DNA of 31,752 bases from Myxococcota bacterium (GTDB taxonomy: Bacteria; Myxococcota; SpSt-1050). The notes below the pieces were generated by a model. That model had not been told where the DNA came from. It saw nothing but the letters and a program-made list of their open reading frames with translations, and did no database searches. The DNA is taken from positions 1 to 31,752 of the forward strand of contig JBMFOP010000031.1 in NCBI GenBank assembly GCA_049969675.1. The letters run 5' to 3'. Below, piece by piece: positions 9,657-18,544 of this stretch. The translations under genes and the position numbers were made by a program. The stretch's first letter is position 1; each line of letters starts with the position of its first letter.

Positions 9657-11350
9657 TGAAATACCCGACAATTCTTCTCGTAATTTTTATAATTTTCTCC
9701 TGTAATAGTTCGACAATCATCAAATCTGATGCAGGGGATATTACCGATACTTACAATCCAGGGGATATCTACTCAAATATTGATTCTGGTAGAGGCGATG
9801 TAGAGAGAGAGGAATTCTGGGATCAGAAGAGCAGGATTGAGATTAAAGGTGATTTTGATAAGTGCAGTGAAATATATACAGAGAAGGGAAGTCTGAGGGA
9901 AAAGGCAGAGTATTATGATTGGGCTGCTAAAAATATCCATTTGATTAAGAAGAAGGAGTACTCGCTTGTCCATAATATACTTTCAAAAGACGATTTTCCA
10001 ACCTCTATTCAGGCGGATCTAAAATTACAGGTGGAATATTACGATGATTCTGACAATCATGGACTCTGGAGCTCTTTATATGTGGCATCTCAGGCATTCC
10101 GATATCTTGTGACCGGCTCAAGAGATGCCCTTGAAAATCTGAATCGCTCCTATAGAGGTTTATATAATCTGTTTTTGATCTCAGGGGCAAAAGGGCTACC
10201 CGCACGAGATTTCAGAGATAATTCTATTGCCGGGTATGAATGTCCATCAAATGCAGATGCATATAAAAAACCTGTAAATAGAAGTGGTAATACATATGTA
10301 AAAATAGACAGCGAAGGCTGCCTTATGTACTTTGATACGGATCAATCACAGATGAGGTATGATGAACCGAAAATATGTGTGGATAAGAAATTTTCAGATA
10401 TGTGTTTTAAGCGCAATACATCAAAAGATGAGATAGCAGGTCATCTCTTTGCCTCTGCAATAATATATAGATTTATCAGTGAACCAGAGTTAAGGGGTAT
10501 GGCTCAGGAGCTTCTTACTGATATGGCACTGCATCTTATAAATAATGATTTTGTATTGAAAGACTATGATGGTATGAAGACAAAATACGGTTCATTTTAT
10601 GCGCTCTCACTGGATGAGCATCCTGGCTTTAATGCACTCGGAGCCCTATCTGTTATAAGGTCGGGGCTTGTGGCATCTCAAAGAGAGGATATATACAGAT
10701 CATATTATCAATGCCTGCTTCAGCAAAATGGTGTGCATAAATGTATAAGACAGCCTGTGGAATATGATTCCCCCAGAGATTATAGGGAATACCTAAAAGA
10801 TGATATTGGTATTCTTATGGATTGTAAAAATATAAATTACGACAATGTAAATATAGTATTTTTGAACTTTTTTTCATACATTACCTTTCTGGGAAATGAG
10901 ACGGATAGGAGAGAGGTTAAATCATATTTTATTGAGAATACCTCAAAGCCAGATGGTAGTGGAAGATATCTCTGGTACCAATATAATCCACATTTCAATT
11001 TTATCATTTTGAGTCTTATGGAAGATTCAGATAATATTCAGATTGAGGTCATAAGAAGGATTTATAGAGAGGCTCTGTGCGCCCTGAAGAGATTCCCTAA
11101 AACAAATATAAAGCGATTTATTGACAATTCTCAAAAATATTCTGCTGTCTGTACAAATTCAAATGGTGATACTTTTGCAGATAGTATCATAGCAATTGAA
11201 GACAGATGCCCACATGAATTTGTATGGTGGAGGGATCCATTTAAGATACGGATATGTGAAGAGAATAGGCGATTTGCATTTAACCCCGCTGGATATCTAT
11301 TGCCCTACTGGATGGGGAGGTATTTCGGATTTATTTCGGAGGAGGATTAA
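9656..11350 (+). CDS. Uncharacterised lipoprotein, probable alpha/alpha-barrel enzyme fold
   Basis: 564 aa. Signal MKYPTILLVIFIIFS-C. Conserved-looking blocks DNHGLWSSLYVASQAFRY, NTSKDEIAGH and YLLPYWMGRYFGFI. Start overlaps the upstream stop (TGATG). Confidence 0.65.
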   Translation: MKYPTILLVIFIIFSCNSSTIIKSDAGDITDTYNPGDIYSNIDSGRGDVEREEFWDQKSRIEIKGDFDKCSEIYTEKGSLREKAEYYDWAAKNIHLIKKKEYSLVHNILSKDDFPTSIQADLKLQVEYYDDSDNHGLWSSLYVASQAFRYLVTGSRDALENLNRSYRGLYNLFLISGAKGLPARDFRDNSIAGYECPSNADAYKKPVNRSGNTYVKIDSEGCLMYFDTDQSQMRYDEPKICVDKKFSDMCFKRNTSKDEIAGHLFASAIIYRFISEPELRGMAQELLTDMALHLINNDFVLKDYDGMKTKYGSFYALSLDEHPGFNALGALSVIRSGLVASQREDIYRSYYQCLLQQNGVHKCIRQPVEYDSPRDYREYLKDDIGILMDCKNINYDNVNIVFLNFFSYITFLGNETDRREVKSYFIENTSKPDGSGRYLWYQYNPHFNFIILSLMEDSDNIQIEVIRRIYREALCALKRFPKTNIKRFIDNSQKYSAVCTNSNGDTFADSIIAIEDRCPHEFVWWRDPFKIRICEENRRFAFNPAGYLLPYWMGRYFGFISEED

Positions 11351-12331
11351 TTGTTGAGCACATTAGAACTCATCTCTATGATGCTTACGGTCTCGCTTGC
11401 AAGCGGATTGAATCTCTATATAACTGTCCTGACAATCGGGATATCAATCAGGATGGGATGGGTTGAGAATCTACCAGCCGAATTGCATATTTTAGGTTCA
11501 ACGCCTATACTTATTATTTCGGGGATTCTCTTCTTATTACAATTCTTTGCAGATAAGATTCAATTTGTAGATAATCTCTGGGATTCAATTCATACATTGA
11601 TCAGACCGGTAGGGGCGGCACTGATAGGAGTCGCAATACTCTATGGCTCAAATCCATTGATTCTTATAATAGGTGTCCTGCTCGCAGGTTCTGTCTCTCT
11701 CATCTCCCATTCAAGCAAGGCTACAACAAGGATGCTCATCAATATAATGAGCCCCTTTGAATCGCTCTCAAACAAGACTGTATCAATTGTAGAGGATGGG
11801 CTTGTCCTTGCCCTTACTTATTTTGCAATAAAATATCCTTTGATTGCTGGAACAATTGCGGTCTGTCTTGTGTTGCTTATTCTTATCTTTACACCGAGGA
11901 TTGTGAGATGGTCGCTCTTTATGTTTAAGGCGATATTTTATAGATTTAAAGGCGTGATAAATAAGATTGAAGAGAACGAGATTCTCCCGCAGGCACATCT
12001 CATACTCCTTGAAAATAAAAGACCGGAGATAACGATTTCCTGCAGGGCACAAAATATAAAAGGTGCACATGGAAGAGATGGTTATATCTCTTACAATGAT
12101 TCCAATCTTTACTTTACCTATAACAAATGGTTTAGACCGAGGCTCTGGCATATAAGTAGAGATAGAATAGTTAATTCATATTTTAAGCAGCAACTACTAA
12201 TTGATATAATAGAGATAATCTACAAAGGTGAAAGGGGTAGGGAGAGGAAGGTTAGACTCGTCTTCTTAAAGGATAGGTCACCGCTTGTTGAAAGACTTGC
12301 ATCAAGGCTTGCATCAATTCCAGCAAAATAG
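11351..12331 (+). CDS. DUF4126-family membrane protein with soluble C-terminal domain
   Basis: Motifs ASGLNLY, FFADKI..VDNLWDSIHTLIRP.GAA, H..KA.TR, S..ED. Several TM segments. TTG start after SD GGAGG at 11341-11345. Confidence 0.85.
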   Translation: MLSTLELISMMLTVSLASGLNLYITVLTIGISIRMGWVENLPAELHILGSTPILIISGILFLLQFFADKIQFVDNLWDSIHTLIRPVGAALIGVAILYGSNPLILIIGVLLAGSVSLISHSSKATTRMLINIMSPFESLSNKTVSIVEDGLVLALTYFAIKYPLIAGTIAVCLVLLILIFTPRIVRWSLFMFKAIFYRFKGVINKIEENEILPQAHLILLENKRPEITISCRAQNIKGAHGRDGYISYNDSNLYFTYNKWFRPRLWHISRDRIVNSYFKQQLLIDIIEIIYKGERGRERKVRLVFLKDRSPLVERLASRLASIPAK

Positions 12332-12339
12332 AATAAAGT

Positions 12340-12368
12340 TTGAAATTACCTTAATATTGGTCTATAAG
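12340..12368 (+). promoter_or_regulatory. Putative promoter of gltX (TTGAAA-N17-TATAAG)
   Basis: TTGAAA 12340-12345 and TATAAG 12363-12368. SD AGGAGG before ATG 12394. Confidence 0.5.
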
Positions 12369-12393
12369 CACAGGGTTTTATTCAGGAGGTCTT

Positions 12394-13797
12394 ATGGTAA
12401 GAGTAAGGTTTGCACCATCTCCCACAGGTTATTTACATATTGGAGGGGCGAGGACTGCACTATTTAATTATCTATTTGCAAAAAATCAGGGTGGAAGATT
12501 TATTTTGAGGATTGAGGATACTGATCAGGCACGTTCAACAGAGGAGTCTGTGGGGGCGATTCTCACAAGTATGAAATGGCTCGGAATGGAATGGGATGAG
12601 GGGCCGGAGGTCGGAGGTCCATTTGAGCCGTATTTTCAGTCTCAGAGGTTACATATATACAGACAGTATGCCGAACTGCTGATTGAGAAGGGTTTTGCCT
12701 ACAGATGCTACTGTACTCCAGAAGAATTGGAGCAGAAGAGAGAGGAGAATCAAAAAAAGGGACTCCCTACCCGATATGATAGAAAGTGTAGAGACCTGAA
12801 GGAGAAGAAGGACCTGCCTTATGCAATCAGATTTAAGGTTCCAGATGATGTGGGCGATGTTGTGTTTGAGGATCTATTGCACGGTAAGATATCTGTCCCC
12901 TCCTCCGAGGTTGAGGACTTTGTGATATTAAAGTCCGATGGATTCCCTACATACAATTTCAGCTGTGTACTGGATGATGCCCTGATGCAGATTACTCATA
13001 TCATAAGGGGCGATGACCATATTAACAATACGCCCAAACAGATACTTTTATATAAGGCACTGGATATGCCAGTTCCAGTCTTTGTGCACCTCCCAATGAT
13101 CCTCGGCTCAGATAAGACAAGGCTATCCAAGAGGCACGGTGCGACAAGTATTGGTCTCTACGAGGAGATGGGGTATCTACCTGAGGCAATGATAAATTAT
13201 CTCGTGAGACTTGGATGGTCTTATGGTGATCAGGAGATATTTTCAAAAGAGGAGCTTATTGAGAAGTTCTCTCTGAAAAATCTCGGCAGGTCAAGTGCGG
13301 TCTTTAATCCAGAGAAGCTTTTGTGGCTCAATCATCACTATATAAAGAGCCTTGATACCGCACATATTGCAAAAATACTTCAGAAATTTTTAAAGAAATC
13401 TGAAATTGATTGCGAGGACATCGAGAAATTAAAGAAGATCGTACTCGCTCTGAGAGAACGCTCCAAGACTATGGTGGAGATGGCGGAGAAGTCAAAGGTC
13501 TTCTTTGAGAAAGAGGTCGTATTTGAAGAAGGGGCAAGGGAGAAATTTATAACGGAGGATATAAAACCTATTTTGAGTGAAGTGGCGGATAATCTAAATT
13601 ATGTATCAGATTTCTCACTAAAGGGTCTGGAGGATTTCTTCAAGGAATTTGTAGAGAAAAGAGGTATCAAATTTAAGATCATAGCCCAGCCATTGAGAGT
13701 GGCACTCTGCGGAAAGACGGTTGGACCAGGCATATTTGAGATGATAGAGATATTGGGGAAAGAGGAGAGTATTAAGAGAATAAAATCTGTCGTCTAA
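12394..13797 (+). CDS. gltX: Glutamate--tRNA ligase
   Basis: RVRFAPSPTGYLHIGGART (HIGH motif), RIEDTD, CYC...YDRKC, ITHIIRGDDH, LSKRHGA (KMSKS-like), and the anticodon-domain motif PLRVALCG. Confidence 0.98.
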   Translation: MVRVRFAPSPTGYLHIGGARTALFNYLFAKNQGGRFILRIEDTDQARSTEESVGAILTSMKWLGMEWDEGPEVGGPFEPYFQSQRLHIYRQYAELLIEKGFAYRCYCTPEELEQKREENQKKGLPTRYDRKCRDLKEKKDLPYAIRFKVPDDVGDVVFEDLLHGKISVPSSEVEDFVILKSDGFPTYNFSCVLDDALMQITHIIRGDDHINNTPKQILLYKALDMPVPVFVHLPMILGSDKTRLSKRHGATSIGLYEEMGYLPEAMINYLVRLGWSYGDQEIFSKEELIEKFSLKNLGRSSAVFNPEKLLWLNHHYIKSLDTAHIAKILQKFLKKSEIDCEDIEKLKKIVLALRERSKTMVEMAEKSKVFFEKEVVFEEGAREKFITEDIKPILSEVADNLNYVSDFSLKGLEDFFKEFVEKRGIKFKIIAQPLRVALCGKTVGPGIFEMIEILGKEESIKRIKSVV

Positions 13798-13839
13798 TTT
13801 TAATTTACTTTTCTTCTTTTTAGATTAAAATCATAAATT

Positions 13840-16179
13840 ATGAGAACCTTATTATTTTTTTCAGCCATTTTTATATCTTTGACATTTTCAACATATTCTC
13901 TTTATGGCAATGAAGATAATCTGAAAATACATTATCAGAGGTCTGCCTTTGAGAAGAATTTTCCAGAAGCAGACCTCAGTGTCTATAACACAGGTGAACT
14001 AAAATCTATATTTAATTTGAATCTTTATGTAGAAGGGATTGAGGATGTAAGGCGGTTTATAAAGAGGTATGGCGCCATTTTTGGATTAGGAGATGAAAGA
14101 TGTGAGATGATTCTTAAACGGGAAATAAAGAGTGGTGAGATATCTGTCCTGATTTTTAATAAATATTGTAATGGCATTGAGGTCTTTCAGGATAGATTGA
14201 GCATATTTCTAAAAAATAGGATTTTGTTCGGGCTCCATAATGGGAGCAGGAATACAGACGGGATTATAAGTGAACCTTTTCAAGGCAGAGATGCAATCTT
14301 AAATCATCTCAAGGCGATGAATATCTTTAAAAATGTAATAGATGCAAGATTAGTTTTATATAGATTTTATAATCGCCTCTTCCCCATCTATATTGTCAGT
14401 GCTGATTCAGGTTATTTTCTATCTGCATATAAATATTTTATCAATGCTACAGACGGTAAAATTTTATTTCGTCTCCCTCTTTATAAGAGTATAAGGGGGA
14501 ATGTCTATCTTGATTCACCTGAAAAGGATAAGAATCCATCTATAGTAACCCTTCCAGATACACTTGAATATGGAATATTAAAGAATGCAGTCGCAGATGT
14601 ATATTCAAGTTGCGACCCAAATGCAAGTTGTGATAGCTCAAAAAGGATTGCAAAACCGGATAATACTGGAGATTTTATCTATACACCAGACGAATCAAAG
14701 AATCTTGACCCGTTTGCAGAGGTAATGGCATATTATCACCTCAATAGATTATACAACTGGTTTAAGGGAGCGGGGTTTGAATTCAATCCGTTCGGAGTTT
14801 TAGCAGTGGTGGGATTTATGGGAGTGGGCTCAGAATATGATGAGATATTTCAATGTAATGGATATTATTTAAATAGACAGGTGATCCTTGGATTCTGCCC
14901 GAAGGAGAATTCACATAACAACTCTGGAAGAAATATAAATGTTGCCTACGATTCAGATATCATTATGCATGAACTTACCCATGGATTTTTTGAAGAGATC
15001 TATAATCTCGATCCGGTTGTGGACAATCTGGGCTTTTCTGGAATGTTGTTGGGTCTGAATGAGGCGATTGCAGATTTTATACCTTCTCATATAACCGATG
15101 ATTCACTCATTGGCAGGCATCTGGGAGGAGCCATCAGTGGAGAGTCTATACGAGACCTTACAAATCTGAGGAGATGCCCGTACTATCTAAACGGTGAACC
15201 TCACAACGATGGTGAGATCATCTCCACTGCACTCTGGGGTGCAAGAGGTCTGATTCATGATAGAGAGCAATTTGCAAGAGTCGCATTTTTGGCTATAAGC
15301 GGGCTCAATAGTTCATCTTCATTTATTGATTATTATAATCAGGTTGTAAACTTTGTCTCCACCACAATCTCCAAGGCGGCAGCAGAGAATATAAAATCAC
15401 CATTTTTGAGCAGAAATATTGATAAGTGCGGAAGGCTGATAGAGGTGGAGAATGGATTTTTGGCACAGGGGCATATCTTTTCAGCAACAGATGCAGGTCT
15501 CAGTTCAGAGGTTCCATATGAGGTGCAGTTTATATATAATCTCCCAGATGATAATATGGTTGTAAATATAGATATTACAGGGATGAATCTCTCGGGTAGC
15601 TCATCCACCGATTTTATTAAATTTTATGTAAATTACAATAGACCAGTTGATTTTTCCTTTGAGGGAGTCAAGTCTGACTATGTCTGGATTAAGAGGAGTC
15701 AGACGCTAACTGACCTCAAAAAGGGAAAGTACTATGTCCTTCCGGTGGGTGATGGTCAGGGGACATACATCTTTAAGTTTAAATTTGCATATAAAGAGCC
15801 TGCTCCCAGGATAAACTCAGTTGACCCGGAAGAGTTAAAATTAAACAGTACAGTTGAAGAGTTTACTATCAATGGAGAAAATTTCCAGAAAGGTGTGAAG
15901 ATAAAGCTCCCATACGGAATATCATATGAAGACTATGATGTGGTTGATTCAAATAATATAATTGTTTACAACCTGATGGTAAGCGATGAGACTCAGTGTG
16001 GTTATAACAGTCTCTCTGTAATAAATCCAGATGGACAGAAAGGGGTTGGAAAATCTCTACTACTAATAGTCAAGGGGAATGATAAATGCAAGTGTGATAT
16101 AACTCTTGAATGTGATGAGCAGTGTAAGTGTGACCCCGACTGTTCAGATGGTGGTTGTGGTTGCAGTATTTTATATTAA
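13840..16179 (+). CDS. Secreted M4/M36 (thermolysin/fungalysin-like) zinc metallopeptidase with IPT/TIG-like domain and Cys-rich GGCGC tail
   Basis: Signal peptide. Propeptide-like region (YFINATDGKIL). EVMAYYH. Zinc motif HELTH. Third ligand in NEAIAD. GEPHNDG. PAPRINSVDP...INGENF (IPT-like). Ends in CKCDITLECDEQCKCDPDCSDGGCGCSILY. Confidence 0.85.
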   Translation: MRTLLFFSAIFISLTFSTYSLYGNEDNLKIHYQRSAFEKNFPEADLSVYNTGELKSIFNLNLYVEGIEDVRRFIKRYGAIFGLGDERCEMILKREIKSGEISVLIFNKYCNGIEVFQDRLSIFLKNRILFGLHNGSRNTDGIISEPFQGRDAILNHLKAMNIFKNVIDARLVLYRFYNRLFPIYIVSADSGYFLSAYKYFINATDGKILFRLPLYKSIRGNVYLDSPEKDKNPSIVTLPDTLEYGILKNAVADVYSSCDPNASCDSSKRIAKPDNTGDFIYTPDESKNLDPFAEVMAYYHLNRLYNWFKGAGFEFNPFGVLAVVGFMGVGSEYDEIFQCNGYYLNRQVILGFCPKENSHNNSGRNINVAYDSDIIMHELTHGFFEEIYNLDPVVDNLGFSGMLLGLNEAIADFIPSHITDDSLIGRHLGGAISGESIRDLTNLRRCPYYLNGEPHNDGEIISTALWGARGLIHDREQFARVAFLAISGLNSSSSFIDYYNQVVNFVSTTISKAAAENIKSPFLSRNIDKCGRLIEVENGFLAQGHIFSATDAGLSSEVPYEVQFIYNLPDDNMVVNIDITGMNLSGSSSTDFIKFYVNYNRPVDFSFEGVKSDYVWIKRSQTLTDLKKGKYYVLPVGDGQGTYIFKFKFAYKEPAPRINSVDPEELKLNSTVEEFTINGENFQKGVKIKLPYGISYEDYDVVDSNNIIVYNLMVSDETQCGYNSLSVINPDGQKGVGKSLLLIVKGNDKCKCDITLECDEQCKCDPDCSDGGCGCSILY

Positions 16180-16653
16180 TTATTCAAATTTGATTTCAAG
16201 AATTGTTAGAATCCTTACACCTCTGGGTGTAACTACCTCACCCTGCTCCCCCACCCCTTTATTGATAAGTGCCCGTGCAATAGGTGATTTAACTGAGATC
16301 CTGTTCCTGCTCAGATCTACCTCTTCCTCTCCCACAATTGTATAAATAAATTCCTTTCCATTCTCTTCATCTCTGACCTTTACCGTAGTTCCAAATACTA
16401 CCTTATCACCCTTTATCTGAGAGGTATCAATGACCTTGGCGCGTGCTATTTTATCTTCCAGTTCCTGAATCTTCCCCTCTATAAATGAGTGTTTCTCCCG
16501 TGCTGCATGATAATCTGCATTCTCTGAGAGGTCTCCCTGGGAGCGAGCCTCTTCAATAGCTTTAATAATTTTGGGTCTCTCTATAGTCTTCAGTCTATTT
16601 AATTCTTCTTTTAATCTCTCAAGTCCTTCATAAGTAATGGGTATATAATCCAT
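16180..16653 (-). CDS. greA: Transcription elongation factor GreA
   Basis: EARSQGDLSENADYHAA, VVFGTTV, ISVKSPIARALI, TPRG. SD AAGGAGG upstream. Confidence 0.97.
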   Translation of the reverse strand: MDYIPITYEGLERLKEELNRLKTIERPKIIKAIEEARSQGDLSENADYHAAREKHSFIEGKIQELEDKIARAKVIDTSQIKGDKVVFGTTVKVRDEENGKEFIYTIVGEEEVDLSRNRISVKSPIARALINKGVGEQGEVVTPRGVRILTILEIKFE

Positions 16654-16703
16654 TTTTTACCTCCTTAGGTGACCACGAGGGACTGATGCCCCAAACGAAA
16701 AAG

Positions 16704-16777
16704 CGCGCCCGACCCGGCTCGAACGGGTAGCCTTCGGATTCGTAGTCCGGTGCTCTATCCAATTGAGCTACGGGCGC
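16704..16777 (-). tRNA. tRNA-Arg(ACG), CCA not encoded
   Basis: Minus strand reads GCGCCCG TA GCTCAATTGGATAGAGC A CCGGA-CTACGAA-TCCGA AGGCT ACCCG-TTCGAGC-CGGGT CGGGCGC G. Confidence 0.95.
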
Positions 16778-16881
16778 AACCTGAGCAGATTAATTAAATA
16801 AATGCATTTTTGAGAGATGTCAAGAGTTGTATCAGTTATAATCTCTTTACATACAGGGACTTATGGGAATGTATCAATAAG

Positions 16882-16915
16882 CCTTTTTAGACCCTATCTA
16901 TTGTGCCAGATGCAG
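16882..16915 (+). repeat. Copy 1 of a ~34-bp dispersed intergenic repeat (copy 2 at 24385-24417)
   Basis: CCTTTTTAGACCCTATCTATTGTGCCAGATGCAG. The 16-bp core ATTGTGCCAGATGCAG (16900-16915) is identical to 24402-24417. Confidence 0.7.
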
Positions 16916-17092
16916 GGCAAATAACATTGAAGAATATATTTATGTTAGAGGGCATTTTATTTAATTGATTGTGAAGAGAGTTGAGGTAACCTGATTTTGA
17001 AAATGTGAACATAAACATCCAGCAACCTTAATTTACAAATAGTCAACTTTTCAAAGCAAATCAATTCTGGGCAGCAGTGGAAAGATTTTTGA

Positions 17093-17821
17093 TTAAAAAT
17101 TATATTCTTTATTGGATGGGTCAAAGTCTTTATCCGTAAGTCCTACATTGAATTTTAAGTCTTCATAAGAGTAATCTTCTACAAGCTGATTCTCCCAGTC
17201 ATAGACCATAATCTTTATCGGGAGTTTCTTCTCCTTATCTACCCACAGGACAGCCTTATAGCAATAATAACCCTTTTCCTTCTCTTTGGGGAATGTTGCC
17301 TCCAATTTAAGGCAATCAACACCAAAGACCTTCTCCTCCCCAGCCTTTATAACAGTTATTGAATCCCCATTCTTCTTTGCCCTGTTTACATTGGTCTGAA
17401 CGACCTTTAATAGATTTCCTATCCCCATATCTGTGACGGGGTGTCTATTCCCTTTCATTGCCATTGAACCCCTGGGGTCCAGATTGACTGATACGACGCC
17501 CATAAGTCCGCCCTCATGAGCCTTTATCTTATTGTCATTTAATCCTTCTACATAAATCATCTCTCTACCTTTGTATGGGTCCTTAATCCATTTCATATAT
17601 ACCTTAAATGGTTTTGCAAACTTAAAGAAGATGGTCTCTCTGGGATACATCTTCTTACCTATCCTCTCCTGTTTGTACATTATACCAGTATAATCCTGTA
17701 TCTGTTTGTATGACTCCTGTGCCTCATTCAAGAGCGCCTCAATATCCACCTCTTCTGCGTAAATCAGATTACCTGTTAAGGTGCATAATAAAATTAAAGA
17801 TGAAGGTAGAAAAAATCTCAT
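17093..17821 (-). CDS. DUF1571 / LolA-like fold periplasmic protein
   Basis: Signal peptide. IQDYTG..YKQERI...FKFAKPFKVYMKW, GREMIYVEG.ND, RHPVTDMGIG, E.YSYEDLKFNVGLTDKDFDP.N.EYNF. Confidence 0.8.
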   Translation of the reverse strand: MRFFLPSSLILLCTLTGNLIYAEEVDIEALLNEAQESYKQIQDYTGIMYKQERIGKKMYPRETIFFKFAKPFKVYMKWIKDPYKGREMIYVEGLNDNKIKAHEGGLMGVVSVNLDPRGSMAMKGNRHPVTDMGIGNLLKVVQTNVNRAKKNGDSITVIKAGEEKVFGVDCLKLEATFPKEKEKGYYCYKAVLWVDKEKKLPIKIMVYDWENQLVEDYSYEDLKFNVGLTDKDFDPSNKEYNF

Positions 17822-17838
17822 AATATAACTCCTTAAAA

Positions 17839-18147
17839 TTATATTGAATCCAGAATATCTCCACAGGCATTTTTATCATTACTCTTCATTGCATCACAAT
17901 TGCAGGAATCTATATACTGCTGGCATTTGCTGTCCTCGTCGGCGGTGAATGGGCTCTTTGAGACCTCTTCATCGATCTTGCTGTGGCATTCCTCTCTCTG
18001 AGTGGCATTGTCTGCATATAGACAATCACAGGCTCTATGTAGGAGGTCTTCACAGGCTGAACCGACTCCACCACAGGATGAAACATATATCATAAGTGCG
18101 ACAACAGATAAAATTAAGGCTACCAATATTAATATTCTTTTCTTCAT
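17839..18147 (-). CDS. Small Cys-rich lipoprotein
   Basis: Signal MKKRILILVALILSVVALMIYVSS-C. Eight further Cys in a short acidic mature domain. SD GGAG upstream. Abuts the PilZ gene. Confidence 0.75.
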   Translation of the reverse strand: MKKRILILVALILSVVALMIYVSSCGGVGSACEDLLHRACDCLYADNATQREECHSKIDEEVSKSPFTADEDSKCQQYIDSCNCDAMKSNDKNACGDILDSI

Positions 18148-18525
18148 CTATCTCTCCTTTGATTCAGAATTTACAAACTCTCTTATCAGGCTGGCATCCT
18201 CATTTGAGATTTCTACAAATTTTATTCCCATACCCGGCTCAAACTCACTGGAATTGGAGAATGTCCTGTTCCAGACCACCTCTGCGAGTACAACTATCTC
18301 GTGATTTGAATTTGGCAAAGTAAACTTTAATTTAAACCTTTCACCGACTGGCTTTGGATTCACTGTGGGGACAAAGAGTCCGCCAGCACTGATATTCTTT
18401 GCATATCCAAAGAAGACATCTTTATTCATTTCAACCTTCATCCTGAACACCCTCAGGTATACTCTTAATTCTCTCCTTCTCTCCTTCTGAATCTTCTGAA
18501 GACCATCATTATTTTTATATACCAT
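18148..18525 (-). CDS. PilZ domain protein (TIGR02266-like), probable c-di-GMP receptor
   Basis: RxxxR (ERRRELRV) and NxSxxG (NISAGGLFV) motifs, plus AEVVW and PGMGIKF. Confidence 0.9.
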   Translation of the reverse strand: MVYKNNDGLQKIQKERRRELRVYLRVFRMKVEMNKDVFFGYAKNISAGGLFVPTVNPKPVGERFKLKFTLPNSNHEIVVLAEVVWNRTFSNSSEFEPGMGIKFVEISNEDASLIREFVNSESKER

Positions 18526-18544
18526 AAAAAGCCGCCCTAATCTA

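Noticed and set aside
17839..18147. Cys-rich 102-aa protein as a radical SAM precursor peptide
   Set aside because: It has a lipoprotein signal and an even number of further Cys (likely disulfides), and it lies in another operon about 8 kb from the rSAM cluster.
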